A stretch of 64,000 nt of DNA from Octopus vulgaris (GCA_951406725.2 OX597825.1:28830001-28894000); one strand, 5' to 3'. Positions 28,756-42,285 are shown, counted from the stretch's first letter. Notes: generated by a model from the sequence alone, not told the origin. Program-made: numbers and translations.

Positions 28756-29418
28756 TTGATATTGTCCCTGTCTATTTGAGACATTTTTTATAGCTCCATA
28801 AATTATGAAAAACAAAACAAAAAAAAACAAACACACACACAAAAAAAAACAAAGCCACTGCTTGCTTGTTATCCAATTTGTTGCAGAACTGATTAAGAAC
28901 AAATGGAAGCAACCGTTTTCTTGTTTCGGTCAAGAATAAATGACACAGCGTCATCAAATGAGAAAGAAATGGTAGGAAGAGGTTATAACAAAAGTGGGAG
29001 GAGGACATGGTGAAGAGACTTCCCCACCGATCGCTACAAGTATTAACAGAAATGGCCTTCACTTAACTACGAACATCTTTAGCACCACTTTTATTACGAA
29101 AACTACTGACGGTAATAGAAAAAGAAAAAAACAAACAGAAAAGATAACAGCAATGCAATAGTAATGGATCAGCAACCATAACCAGAGACTTCACTGTCGA
29201 CGTGGACAGGCCACATAACGTCCACATAATTCCATGTTATATATATACATGTAGGCGCAGGAGTGGCTGTGTGGTAAGTAGCTTGCTTACCAACCACATG
29301 GTTCCGGGTTCAGTCCCACTGCATGGCACCTTGGGAAAATGTCTTCTACTATAGCTTCGGGCCGACCAAAGCCTTGTGAGTGGATCTGGTAGACGGAAAC
29401 TGAGAGAAGACCGTCGTA

Positions 29419-29486
<68 letters not shown>

Positions 29487-29487
<1 letters not shown>

Positions 29488-30308
29488 GGCATTATTATAC
29501 ATACATGCCACACACTACGAGGGACAATTAGTCATTTCTATCAAAAATTTTACTTATCATATCCAATGCAATTTTTTCAAAGCAAGACATTTAAAAAATG
29601 AATTTAATCTTGTATCACCTGTGATTTCGTACTTACCGCCATTAGCGACCGTACTCGTCAGCAAGATTGATTCTGAACATATCATAAATAAACGACCAGC
29701 CCCGTCAAAACCGAACTACTAACTGCTCGATCCCAACGACACACATTTTTTAAATGTCTTGCTTTGAAAAAATTGCATTGGATATGATAAGTAAAATTTT
29801 TGGTAGAAATGACTAATTGTCCCTCGTAGCGTGTGGCATGTATGTATAATAATGCCCTCTATATATAAATTAATATGTTCAATAAGAAAGAATCATTTTC
29901 GAAATTTTTTCTCTTATGAGGTCTTTCACGCTATCTACCTGATAATTTCTTGTTAAGATTCCTTATTAAGAAGTTGTCCTTAATTGTTAAATAATTTTAT
30001 TCCGAAAAAACTTTTCATACCCGAAATGCAATTCGAAAAAAGCCTGCCATTTACCGGATGTATTATATGTAAACTTCTCCATGTGCGTCGTTGGGATCGA
30101 GCAGTTAGTAGTTCGGTTTTGACGGGGCTGGTCGTTTATTTATGATATGGTCAGAATCAATCTTGCTGTAAGTACGAAATCACAAGTGATACAAGATTAA
30201 ATTCATTTTTTAAATGTCTTTCTTTGAAAAAATTGCATTGGATATGATAAGTAAAATTTCTGGTAGAAATGACTAATTGTCCCTCGTAGCGTGTGGCATG
30301 TATGTATA

Positions 30309-30310
<2 letters not shown>
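29487..30310. mobile_element. fold-back, hammerhead-containing element (Penelope-like pseudo-LTR arrangement)
   Basis: 114-bp inverted arms at 29487-29600 and 29744-29857. 30081-30310 is an inverted copy of about 29494-29746. Confidence 0.85.
29606..29668 (-). ncRNA. canonical type I hammerhead ribozyme motif
   Basis: AAUCUUG CUGACGA GUAC(ggucgcuaauggcgguaa)GUAC GAA AUCAC AG GUGAU A CAAGAUU: all core nucleotides and three paired stems, AUA cleavage triplet. Confidence 0.85.
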
Positions 30311-30344
<34 letters not shown>

Positions 30345-31439
30345 TTGTGTGTGTGTATGTGTGTGTGTGTGTATTTGTTTGTGTCTATGTTTGCCCCCCT
30401 CCTGACATCGCTTGACAACCGATGCTGGTGTGTTTACGTCCCCGTAACTTAGCGGTTTGGCAAAAAGAGACCGATAGAATAAGTACTAGGCTTACAAAGA
30501 ATAAGTTCTGGGGTCGATGTGCTCGACTAAAGGCGGTGCTCCAGCACTGCCGCAGCCAAATGACTGAAACAAGTAAAAGAGTAAAGGGTGTGTGTGCGCG
30601 TGTGTGTGTGTAGAAAGAAAATATTGCAATAATGTAGACGAACAGCTCAATCGAAACGATCGGATTCATGAAGAATGTCATGTAACAACATCGTCCTTAA
30701 ACATATATATACACAGACACACATATATACATACATACATAATATATACATACATGCATACATATACATCTCGCCGACAGGGATATGTGGTCGTGAAGCT
30801 CGTGTTAGAGCCGTATGTGCGGGTTTCTATCTCACTTTGAGGAAACCTGGGCAAATATAGCGCCGTTCCAAGATTACGTAGGAATTTGGCAGACGGAAAC
30901 TATGCAGAATCCCATCGTGCTTGTATGTGTGTACACCTAGATAATATATGCAGTTCCGAAATGTCTCATTCACATAAGATTGGCAACTGAAGAGTCATTA
31001 CAATGGCGGTACTCCAGCGAGACCAAAGCCTTAGTTCTGAAACGTATTAAACTATATGCATATATACTTCTATTCTCATCCAAAATGGAAATAAGTACCA
31101 TCACTGTTATGTGCTGCACTTAGACAATTGTGAGGATCTCTGTACATGAAACCATTGGTTATCCCGGTAACCCAGAAATAAAGTATATACAGTTCTGTAA
31201 ATATGACGCTGTATACATGGTTTTGAAATGAAATAACTCATAAGAAACTAAGACAAAGCCTGCGTTCATAATGACCCAGTAAGTTAGTATCACAATATGT
31301 AGGTTATGTGATGTGAGACTCACATTGAGTGACATAGTAAAAAACATCAACACATCGTTAATAGTGACATCGACAAAATAAACAATAGAAATCGAGGAAA
31401 CTCGAGCAGTCCCCACAAAATATTGTAGAGTGAGAACGA

Positions 31440-31830
31440 TGAGTTACTGTGCGGTAAGTAGCTTGTTTGCCAAGCACATGTTTCTGGGTTCAGTACCACT
31501 GCGTGGAACCTTGGGCGAATGTCTTCTACTACATTCTCTGGCCGACCAAAGCCTCGTGAGTGGATTGGGTAGACGGAAACTGAAAGAAACCCGTCGTATG
31601 TGTGTGTGTGTGTATGTTTGTGTGTCTGCGTCTGTCACCCCACCAGCGCTTGACAATTGATGTTGTGTGTTTACGTCCCCGTAACTTAGCGGTTCGGAAA
31701 GAGAGACCGATAGAATAAATATTAGGTTTACAAAAAATAAGTCTTGGGGTTTAATTTGTTCGACTAAAGGCGGTGCGACAGCATGGCCGCAGTCAAGATG
31801 ACTGAAACAAATTAAATAATAAAAGAATAA
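31440..31830 (+). mobile_element. SINE family B
   Basis: Head, CORE-like block, (GT)n and tail all present. Confidence 0.85.
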
Positions 31831-31844
31831 TAAATATCGATAAA

Positions 31845-32060
31845 AAGGGTTTTAAATTTTGCCGCAAGGTCAGAAATTTTGTGGGAGGGGATGAGTCGAT
31901 TACATCGACCCCAGTGTTCAACTGGTACTTATTTTTTCGATCTCGAAAGCATGAAAGGCAAAGTCGACCTCGGTAGAATTTGAACTCAGAACACGAAGAC
32001 AGAAGAAATGCAGCGAAGAATTTTGCCCAGCGTGCTAACGATACTGCCAACCCACCGCCT
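31845..32060 (-). mobile_element. SINE family A
   Basis: Reverse complement of head and core. Confidence 0.8.
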
Positions 32061-32334
32061 TAAATATTGCTAATGATGTCGTACGACCACACGACTGGTT
32101 TCCTGAATTCTGTGACACATATACATTCCTATTTTTCCCGATGGTACGTTGTTCCGTCGTAGGTTTACTCACATTCGCCAGCTGAGTGGAATGGAGTAAC
32201 GTGAAACAAAAAGTATTTTGCTCAGGAACCCAGTTCAGGAACCGAAGCCACAATTTTACGTTCATGAATGCAACAACCTAACCACAAACCCACATGCCTA
32301 CGCACACTCACGTGTATGTGTATATATTGCTGTG

Positions 32335-32590
32335 GGATTTGTGGAAACGTACGTAGCGATGTATTGAATATCTATGAATTCCATCCTAGAAATATTGCTA
32401 TTTTTATATTTATCCTACATTATAGCGGTATAACCGTGATGCAACCCCCAAAATCTGACTCACAAGTCAGGAACATTAGACGGTAGCCGGCATAATAGGT
32501 GTTTTATTTGCACACTCCTATAGTTACCTTAAACGAATTGAAAAGTTTATATATATATATATATATATATATAAACTTTTCAATTCGTTA
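32335..32590 (+). repeat. unclassified dispersed repeat ending in a short palindrome around (TA)n
   Basis: Similar to 62695-62910 (gaattccatcc, tgatgcaacccc..aaatctg, gccggcataat). aacgaattgaaaagtt(ta)n aacttttcaattcgtt at 32532-32588. Confidence 0.65.
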
Positions 32591-32650
32591 ATTTCCAGTA
32601 ACGCTGCCGTAATCTCCTTTAGAGAGACTTAGTAATTTTAATATTTCTAA

Positions 32651-32711
<61 letters not shown>

Positions 32712-33099
32712 GAGGGCGTGCTAAAATGTTCCTTGCGAAAGGCCTGACTTCAGACCAGCCTTCCGAGTTTGACTTTTCTTAATTACCCAGTTTTCCTCTG
32801 CAGCTCTTTAATTGTCGATATAGTTTTTCATTCTGATTAGCAAATGATGATTTACCAACTCAGTCTTTCTTCTTGCTGTTTAATGTTAATGCTTTGCTGG
32901 CAATATTTTAATTCGTTCATTATTTTTACAAAGTCTCTAATGTTGCTGAGTATCATGTAGTGGTCAGAGAAAAGAGTTTTTTTTTTTTTTAACCGATAAT
33001 GCTAAGAATGAATCTAGAGTGATTTCATATCAAACCCGGGATCGTTTTGTTTTCTTTTCTTCGTTCAAGCACAAAATGGGTTACGAAAAATTCCTCCAC

Positions 33100-34381
33100 T
33101 AACGTAAATAGTAATTCTACTGCCGGTTTGACTGGAGTAGTGTAGTTACCTAAAGTTAAGTATTTTGAAACCAGTTCAGAAAAAAAGAGGATTTTAATTT
33201 AGCATTATAATTTTGCTACATTGAAAAAGTAGCATTATAATTTTGAAATATCTATAAAACCGTCATAAGCTTGTTTATTTTTATGTTTTTTGATTTATCA
33301 TTCGTGTTGCTTAATATGTTTTGCTAAAATTGCTATTTCTTTTCAGATATCATCAGAAAAAGATAATTAAAATTCATTAAAATGACAGATCTATCGGATT
33401 TTCAATGACTTCAAATTGTTGGTGCTCGAATAGCAGGCGCTAGCGTAAAGAAAACAGCCGAAATTTTTGGTGTATCAACAAGTACTGTCTCGAAAGTAAT
33501 AACAGCCTTTGAGAAAGAGGGAAAACCCTCCTGGTCGAAACAAAACTCCGGAAGAAAACCATAACTTTCAGATAGGAACCGTCGGACTCATACGCATATT
33601 GTTAGAAAGGACCACAAAGGTACAGCTACCAAAATTACCGCACAGCTTAATGGCCACCTCTAGAACTCAGTTTCCACAAAAACTCTTCGCCGGGAGCTGC
33701 ACTAAGCCGGATTTGACGGGAGGGCTGCAATCAGAAAACCATTACTTTCAAAAACAAACGAGCAAAGCGTTTATAGTGGAATAAAAACCTACAAAATTGA
33801 TCTCTAGATCAGTGGAAGAACGTTATTTTCTCGGACGAGTCGTCCTTTATTTTATTTCCGACCACCAGCCGCATATAGGTGTGGAGAGAGCCAAAAGAAG
33901 CATTTGACCCAGACTGCCTTCTTCCAACTGTTGAACAGTTTCCCTTCTTGGCAAAATTAATAGTCAAGAATGTTTAAGCATTTTATATATTTGATCAAAT
34001 TCACTCAATGATTGCGGAACTGTTTCCGAGGGAAAAGCAATCTTTCAGGATGATAATGCACCAATTCACACAGCTAAAGTTGTTACAGAATGGTACGAGG
34101 ATCATTCTAGTGAAGTTGAACATCTTATCTGGCCACTACAGTCCCCAGATCTCAATATTATTGAACATTTATGGTGCATTTTAGAAAAGACAGGTAAGGA
34201 GTCGATATCCTCCACCATCATCATTACAAGAACTGAAAACTGTTGTTGCTGAAGAATGTACAAAAATTCCTTTGGAAACAATTCAAACTTTGTACGAGTC
34301 CATACCTCGTAGAATTCAAGCTGCAAATACTGCCAAAGGCGGTCCTACCCCATGTCAAAATATTATCTTATCCAACCCCTG
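33100..34381 (+). mobile_element. Tc1-like (DD34E) transposon relic
   Basis: From 33382: MTDLSDFQ*LQIVGARIAGASVKKTAEIFGVSTSTVSKV; VIFSDESSF; FQDDNAPIHTA; WPLQSPDLNIIEHLW. Right end tccaacccctg. Left TIR not found. Confidence 0.9.
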
Positions 34382-34449
34382 TGTGTATGTGTGTGCGTGT
34401 ACGTGTGTGTATTTATGTATATATATATATGAGTGCGTGTCTTCATGGC

Positions 34450-34635
34450 TTTTTGTCCCCCAACACTGCTTGACAACCGGTGCCAGTGTTTACGTCCTCG
34501 TAACGTAGCGGTTCGCCACATGTGACGATAGAATAAGTACCACGCTTCACAAATAGTCGAATCGCCCAGCTAAAGACCTTCGAGGTGGTGCTACAGCATG
34601 GTCGCAGTCAAATGACTGAAATTGATAAAAGAATA
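34450..34635 (+). mobile_element. SINE family B 3' part, diverged
   Basis: cttgacaaccgg..gtttacgtcc..gatagaataagtac..aatgactgaaa. Confidence 0.7.
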
Positions 34636-34653
34636 CGTGGTATATACATATGA

Positions 34654-34756
<103 letters not shown>

Positions 34757-34952
34757 TATGTGTGTGTTTGTGTATGTGTGAATAACATTACGAGGGTTTT
34801 TAAATCGTAATTGTAATTTTTCTATTTCTCAAACATCAAAAGAATCGTTTGGACAATCGGAACTGTGGAACTTTGATTTACGATTGAAATAGCTCCAGTT
34901 TTTCAGAATAATACAATACAGTAACTCACACACACACACAATAACTCACGCA

Positions 34953-34997
<45 letters not shown>

Positions 34998-35617
34998 ACA
35001 CACACATTCCACTTTGCGTACGAGGTAATTTTCCGTTTCTAATCACAAATGTACACCAACGCACACATGCATACACATACACATACATACATACATACAT
35101 ACATACATACATACATACATACAAACATAAATATATATGTACACATACACATGCACACGCACACCTACTAACATACACATACACGTAAATATATACACAC
35201 ACACATATATATATATACATATATATATATATGTATATGTATACATATATGCATATGTATCTATATAATATATATGCATATTATATATATATATGTATAT
35301 ATATAATATATATATATATATCTATTATGTATGTTTTATATATATGTATCTATCTGTCTATATATATATATATATTATATATATATATACATGCATACAT
35401 ATATGTGTGTGTTATGCGTACGAGTGCGTGTATGGCTGTTTATATTATATCTTACAGATTGATACATAAACGTACACATATCACACACACACACACACAC
35501 ATACAAAGAAATAGAGAGAGAGGGGTTGAAGGGTGGTTGGTGTCTTGGTTTGTCTGCTTAAACATAAGTAGGCATTCGTATATATGTTTATGTATATGCA
35601 TCTGTATATATGTATGA

Positions 35618-35669
<52 letters not shown>

Positions 35670-36269
35670 TATGTAAGTATGTATGTGCGTAAAAGTGTGA
35701 GTGTGTGTGAGTGCATGTGTATGTATCTAATGCGTGTGCGTATGTTGGAGTGTATTGTGTCGGCTTCAACGTAAATAAAAATAAGCATAAGAAAATGTTA
35801 AACAGTTCCACATCGCTGATTCTGAAAAGAAGAACTGGTGCGTAAAAAACAAGATAACCATTCATCGTTGTGGAATTTTTTCTCTCTCTTTCTTTCCCAC
35901 TTTCTATCTCTCTTTCTCTCTCTTAGAATTTAACAATTTCCTATCTTGTTTTCCAATTCTTCTTTTGTTTTCTTGTCTGGAAAGGCATCGTTGAGATTAA
36001 AAGAACCGCTTGAGTGTATTTTTATATTTTATACGGTGTTACAATGCTGGCAACTAATCCCTTAACTTTTTTTCATTAGTAAACTAATTCTTCAATAATA
36101 GTTCATTTGAATAATTAATTTCGATAAAAAAAAAGTCGCTCATATCAGGAGCAGGCCTGGCTACCTGGTTAAGAAGCTTGCGTTGCAACCATACGCTTTC
36201 GGGTTCCGTTTCACTCTACATCAGCTTCGGCAAGTGTCTTTCATTATAGTCTAGTTCGTGCAATATTTT

Positions 36270-37780
36270 GGCTTAAAGGGTTCGTCTTATGATTCTTTCC
36301 GGCGACATCCTAACTATATGTCTGCAGAGAAGTGGCGGCTCGACCTGGTGACACACCCGAACTCTGAGCTACGCATCCTGCTGAGTAAAGTTACCCCAGA
36401 GACTCCGTGTAGCAATCCCACCCCGGCCGCTTGTAATCGCGATCGTTCATTTTCGGTCATTACTCAATATTTATGACCACAGGGGATGATAGGCATTAAA
36501 ACCGAACTGAAGATACCGAGTTCGGCTTTTTTGCCAGCTTCACCTCCTCTAAGGATGAAATGGTGGATCTGGGGCATTACTGAAGCCGAAACTGTAATTC
36601 TAGCATCCAGTTCAGATTCGTGGCTTTCTTAACTCGTGAATACAACCCGAGATACCCAAACTTCTCCACTTGTCTCCGTGATGTCGGAGTTTCTTATGCA
36701 TTTCATCCATTTACTGACAGTACTTCTCTGCCGTAATGGTTTTGCCTGGATTCATAAAGCTGTGATGGGTGAGACCGCCTGTAGACCACCAAACAGTCAC
36801 CATTACCTTCTTCTGGTGCAACTTTGGCTTCGGGAGTGCCGTTGAGTTTCGTCGGCGTCCAACCACTGAGCATTCAGAATGCATTAGGAAGAGTTTGTTG
36901 AGACGGACAATGTCTGAGTCATCGCAATACCAAATTTCACCCTTGCCTTACGGCATTCGGCAGCAAGCCAATTCAATGCATACTGGAAGTCACCTCCAGC
37001 TAATCTAAGTAGCACCATCTCATCTGTAAATATCAGCCGATCGATCTTATACCCATCAATTGTTATACCACTTCCACAACAGCTGTGCATGTTAACCCAG
37101 CTTATAAAAATTATAGATGATGTCCCACTCTCACGATGAAAGGTTTCGATTAGGCGCACATTCACTCGAACACAAACATCTGGGTATTCGTATAAGGACT
37201 TCACGGTAACCAGAAGCTACTCATTAATCTTTAACTCCTGGAAAGCCTTCCAGTGTATAACTCGTGGAACGCGGTGAAATGCTTTCACGAATCTACAAAG
37301 AAAGCATTCATTTCTTGGTTATATTCCTACGATTTCTCGAAAACCTACCATTGAATGAATATCTGGTCAGTTGTGCTTCGTCAAGGTACACTGTTCTTAA
37401 GCTAGCTTCGACTCGACAATTTCCCCACATCTCGATTCTAGACATCTAGCGTAGACTTTACTAGAAAAGCTTTATAATGAAAGATTTGTCTTTTGTTTTC
37501 CCTTTTTAAAAATTGGGTTTATCATCTCGGATTGCCATTATTTTGGTTTATTTCAAAAGATTCAAGCCATCTGGCATACACGATGAGTCAATCAGAGAAC
37601 AGCTTCTCTACTTTAGGAATTTCATCTTCTCCAACAGCCTTGACAGATTTGAGCGCTTTAATCGCTCCTATGACTTCAGCTTTTGTGAGATTAGTCTTTC
37701 CTCCGAGACTCACCTCGTGTCTACCAGAGGTGAAAGCAACACGCAGCCAAATGAGCGTAATGGATACCTGTTACTCATAA
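36270..37780 (-). mobile_element. decayed RTE-clade (Rex3/Expander-like) LINE fragment
   Basis: EVIGAIKALKSVKAVGEDEI; IDRLIFTDEMVLL...LAAECRKA (degenerate FADD); VMTENERSRLQAA; VEPPLL..HIVRMSPER. Confidence 0.8.
36688..36870 (-). mobile_element. internal mariner transposase fragment embedded in the LINE relic
   Basis: Encodes AQWLD...PKPKLHQKKVMVTVWWS..., matching 38830-39010. Confidence 0.8.
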
Positions 37781-38172
37781 AATATTTTATATTTGTAGGT
37801 TACTAAAACTCACTGTCGATGAGCGAAGTAGATACTCCCGATGAGCGAGGACGGATAAAGTATTGTGTATGTTGAAGCGGAATTGCTAGTGATAACAATT
37901 AAAGTAGGTTTTAAACAACATAGGAATGACGTGTAATGTAAAAGTCAGTCGTACCAAGTTTTAATATATACCAAGTTTTGCCCTTTCTCTCAAAATATCT
38001 GTACGAATATAGCCTTTGATAAAAATATAAGGAAGCTAAAGTATATATATTTTTTATTGACAGTGAAGACAAGTGCATAGAATCGGGATTGATCTAAACA
38101 AGGAAATACAATGTTAAGTACAAGGGGAGATTATATAACGTTAAAGGATCATTAGGAGAGCTTCGTTTAATA

Positions 38173-39321
38173 TTAGGTTGTCAAGAAAGTTCTTGCGGAA
38201 TTTTAAATTTTGGTTTTAAATTATCTATTTTCAAATTAATTTTCATTAAATTACTTTGATTTTATATATCATTTTAAAGCCTGTTTTTCGCTCTATCTAA
38301 TCCTGTTAGACTTTTTCTTTTTGAATAATTAGGCTATTTTTCCGGAACGTTGAATACAACATGGATAAAAAGCAAATTCGCACAATTTTCTTATTCCAGT
38401 TCAAGCTGATGAAACAGCTAGCGATATCAACGATGCGTTTGGCCAGGAACCACTAATAAACGTACAGTACAATGTTGGTTGAAGAAATTTCGTAGGAGTG
38501 ACGAGAGCCTTGAAAATGATAAGCGTAGTGGTCGGCCATCGGATGTTGACAACGATCTACTAAGAGCCTTAGTGGAAGCCAATCCACGCACAACTGTTCG
38601 AGAGATTGCTTCTAAATTAGACGTAACGTATACGACAATTTCCAACCACTTGAAAGAGATTGGAAAAACAAAAATACTTGAGAAATGGGTGCCGCACGAA
38701 TTGAACGACAACCAAAAAGAAAAAAAGAAAAAACGCCGTTTTTAAGTGTCGTCTTCCGTTCTTTTACGCAACAAGAACGACCGGATTGTAATTGTGATGA
38801 AAAGCGGATTCTTTACGACAACCGGCGACGCTCAGCTCAGTGTTTCGACACCGACGGAGCTCCACAGCATTTCCCGAATCCAAAGTTGCACCAAAAGTAG
38901 GTCATGGTAACTGGTGGTCTGCGGCCGGTCTCATCCATCACAGCTTTTTGAATACAGGCGAAATCATTACGGCAAAGAAGTACTGTCAGCAAAAGGATGA
39001 AATGCGTAAGAAACACCGACAACAGCCAGCATTGGTCAATAGAAAAAGACCAGTTCTTCTCCACGTCAACGCTCGTCCGCACGTCGCACAACTGACCCTG
39101 CAGAAGTTGAACGAATTGGGCTACGAAACACACCTTCAACGACTTCGCCACCAGAACGCAGGATTTTTTACGCTACTAGCATAAATAAACTTGTTTCGTG
39201 TTGGCAAAGTTGTGTTGATTCTGATGGTGTTTATTTCAATTAAGAAAGCTTTGTTTGAGCCGAGATACGTGCATCTGAATTTAAGGGTTTAAAAACCGCA
39301 AGAACTTTCTTGACAACCTAA
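38173..39321 (+). mobile_element. Hsmar1-like (cecropia subfamily) mariner relic
   Basis: Perfect 26-bp TIRs ttaggttgtcaagaaagttcttgcgg with TA flanks. MDKKQIRTIFLFQFKL at 38361, RSGRPSDVDND, WVPHEL, CDEKRILYDNRRR, NARPHVAQ. The YSPDL region is deleted. Confidence 0.93.
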
Positions 39322-39531
39322 TACATGTAACAAGATTTTCACTACTTCAGTCACAAAACTGAATACCTATATTATGTTGATACGAAAACTCTTAAAATCT
39401 CCTTGACAAAACTGCAAGGACACTCACATGAATATTACGTGATTAATAGGGAAACCAAGTGCATAGCACCTAGATTAAAACTAGACAATACAATGTTGTA
39501 CTCAATATGAAGCCTATATAAAGATGAAGGA

Positions 39532-39762
39532 GGGCGGCGAGCTGGCAGAAACGTTAGCACGCCGGGCGAAATGCTTAGCAGTATTTCGTCTGCCGTTACG
39601 TTCTGAGTTCTAATTCCGCCGAAGTCGACTTTGGCTTTCATCCCTCGGGGTCGATAAATTAAGTACCAGTTACGCACTGGGGTCGATGTAATCGACTTAA
39701 TTCGTTTGTCTGTCCTTGTTTGTCCCCTCTGTGTTTGACCCCTTGTGGGTAGTAAAAAAATA
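39532..39762 (+). mobile_element. SINE family A, full monomer
   Basis: 17-bp TSD tatataaagatgaagga at 39515-39531 and 39763-39779. Confidence 0.92.
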
Positions 39763-40346
39763 TATATAAAGATGAAGGATCATAGACACAACTTCATTTC
39801 ACATCTATTTTCCTAAGCCATCTTACAGCAGTGGGATACCATTAGCGACATAATCATCTTATGTGACTCACCCAGTCAAAACTAGGTTTAATTTCTTTTA
39901 GGTCGATATCGTCAGTTTTTACCCATCCGCTTCCTGAAGGTGACTGAAATTTGGAATAGCTTGCGCGATAAACCACAGCAATATAGAGACTATTGTGCAT
40001 TCCTGAATATTTCTCCTATGCCAAAAATATATAACAGCAAACATTATCCATGGTGCATTTATTGTCAACACAGGGTCTTTGGTTGAAACATAAACTCGTG
40101 ATGTATTAGGATTATATATAATCTGGCAAATCTGTTGTTGCTAAAATTCTTTTGATTTTAATTTCAAAGCATTTTCCCCGGCGGAAAATTTCTGCGAAAT
40201 TATCAAAGGCTAGCTGCAGTTGTTTTCTTTTAGCAGCAGCACCTTTATTAAAACAAAAATCTCAAACCTGATTCATCCGCTTAATATATATCTCCAGCCT
40301 ACAAGTGGTGAAACGGATGAAGTTTAAGAGGAAGCACGCAACATTA

Positions 40347-40569
40347 CTGTAATCCCTCAACTATCGCGAGTGTTACGTTCCAAAACCCCACGCGATAGGT
40401 GAAAATCTGCGTAGTAGAAACAGTACTATACTGTATGTATTTTGAAATTATTTTTATAATCTGTATATGTTTATTTTATTATAAATGCAAAATAGCAACA
40501 CGGAGGAATAGACGTAAGGTTAAATAAAAAACCGTGATAGATGAACCGCGATATGGCGGGGGATTACTC
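40347..40569. mobile_element. pogo/Tigger-like MITE
   Basis: TA|ctgtaatccctc...gggggattactc|TA termini with subterminal cgcgata repeats. Confidence 0.7.
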
Positions 40570-40606
40570 TATTCGACAGTTCTGGAGATCGCGCCACTTG
40601 ATATCC

Positions 40607-41026
40607 ATTTCTTTACTACCCACAAGGGGCTAAACACAGAGAGGACAAACAAGGACAGACAAACGGATTAAGTCGATTATATCGACCCCAGTGCGTAACT
40701 GGTACTTATTTAATCGACCCCGAAAGGATGAAAGGCAAAGTCGACCTCGGCGGAATTTGAACTCAGAACGTAACGGCAGACGAAATACCTATTTCTATTT
40801 CTTTACTGCCCACAAGGGGCTAAACACAGAGAGGACAAACAAGGACAGACAAACGGATTAAATCGAATATATCGACCTCAGTGCGTAACTGGTATTTATT
40901 TAATCGACCCCGAAAGGGTGAAAGGCAAAGTCGACCTCGGCGGAATTTGAACTCAGAACGTAACGGCAGACGAAATACAGCTACGCATTTCGCCCGGCAT
41001 GCTAACGATTCTCCCAGCTCGCCGCC
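40607..41026 (-). mobile_element. SINE family A, tandem dimer
   Basis: Two near-identical units of about 190 bp; head at the right end. Confidence 0.9.
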
Positions 41027-41504
41027 CTATACTATTTAATATCAACTGGCTAAGGATTGATTCTGAGAACGAAGCTTAACTTAATGTGATGCAAATTAGG
41101 CTCGACAGTCATAACTTTGTATATGTGTATGTGTGTGTAGAAAAGAAGACGAAGTAATGAGAGAGAGAGAGGGGGAGGGAGAGAGAGAGAAAGGATGAGG
41201 GAGGATGTGATACTGTAAGGTGAGAAAGGGCAAATAGAAAGACAAGTTTAAATGAAAAGAGAAGGACTGTGAATAAGAGAGTAAGAAGGAGGAAGATGAA
41301 GAAGCTTTGGGCAGTCGGTCGCGGTTGTGGAGCATTTAAAGAGGATATCTCATCTGTCAGCGCGAAATCACATGGTCTGGTCGACGTTGTGTCAGCGATT
41401 ACTTAGCACGCCGTAGCAACTGATAGCATTTGTGTGGACGCCCTCCTGTCTATTTACACCGCACTACAAATTCCACCTTCGCTTAAACCCTGCAACACAG
41501 CAAT

Positions 41505-41577
<73 letters not shown>

Positions 41578-41675
41578 ACACGCACACACACAAACACAAA
41601 CACTCAAACACACACAAAATCCCATTTAAACATGTAAACTCTGACATATAAAGACAGACACACACACGCACACAC

Positions 41676-41724
<49 letters not shown>

Positions 41725-41885
41725 AACACAAGCACTTGCGTGCGCACAACTCCCTGGACACACAAACACGGTTCGTAAGACCCTCAAATGTCACGAGCAG
41801 CTGTCTCCTTGCTTATTACAAGGGCAGGGGAGTTTTACTGTTTAATACGGAGCTAATGAATATAATGATGATGGTGATGATACTC

Positions 41886-41927
<42 letters not shown>

Positions 41928-42285
41928 GTGCTCATGATGATGACGCTGCTGCTGCTGCTGCTGATGCTGATGATGATGATCATGCATTGGACTATTGTTC
42001 TGTCCCTCATTATTATTCGTTAGTACTTGAGGAATTCGGTAGAGTGCTTTAGACAGTTTATTTGCTTTTGACTGGTGCGTGCGCGCGTTTGAATGTATGT
42101 ATGTATGTATGTATGTTTATTTGTATGTATGTATGTATGTATGTATGTATGTATGTATTATGTATGTATGTATGTATGTATGTATGCATGTGTGTATGTA
42201 TCTATGTATATACATACACACGTGTGTATGCATGTGTATATATATATATATATATTAACACTCACTCTTACATATACGTATACAT

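Larger units (their letters stand above)
29254..30585 (+). mobile_element. SINE family B split by an insertion in its internal microsatellite
   Basis: Head 29254-29417 and tail about 30385-30585, with the fold-back element in between. Confidence 0.85.

Noticed and set aside
28340-28784. Poly-D/poly-H ORFs
   Set aside because: These are (GAT)n/(CAT)n repeats open in several frames on both strands, with no recognisable domain.
32710-32735. tacgaggg mariner-like terminus (similar strings at 23892, 34790, 47375)
   Set aside because: No partner TIR or transposase found, and too short to support an element call.
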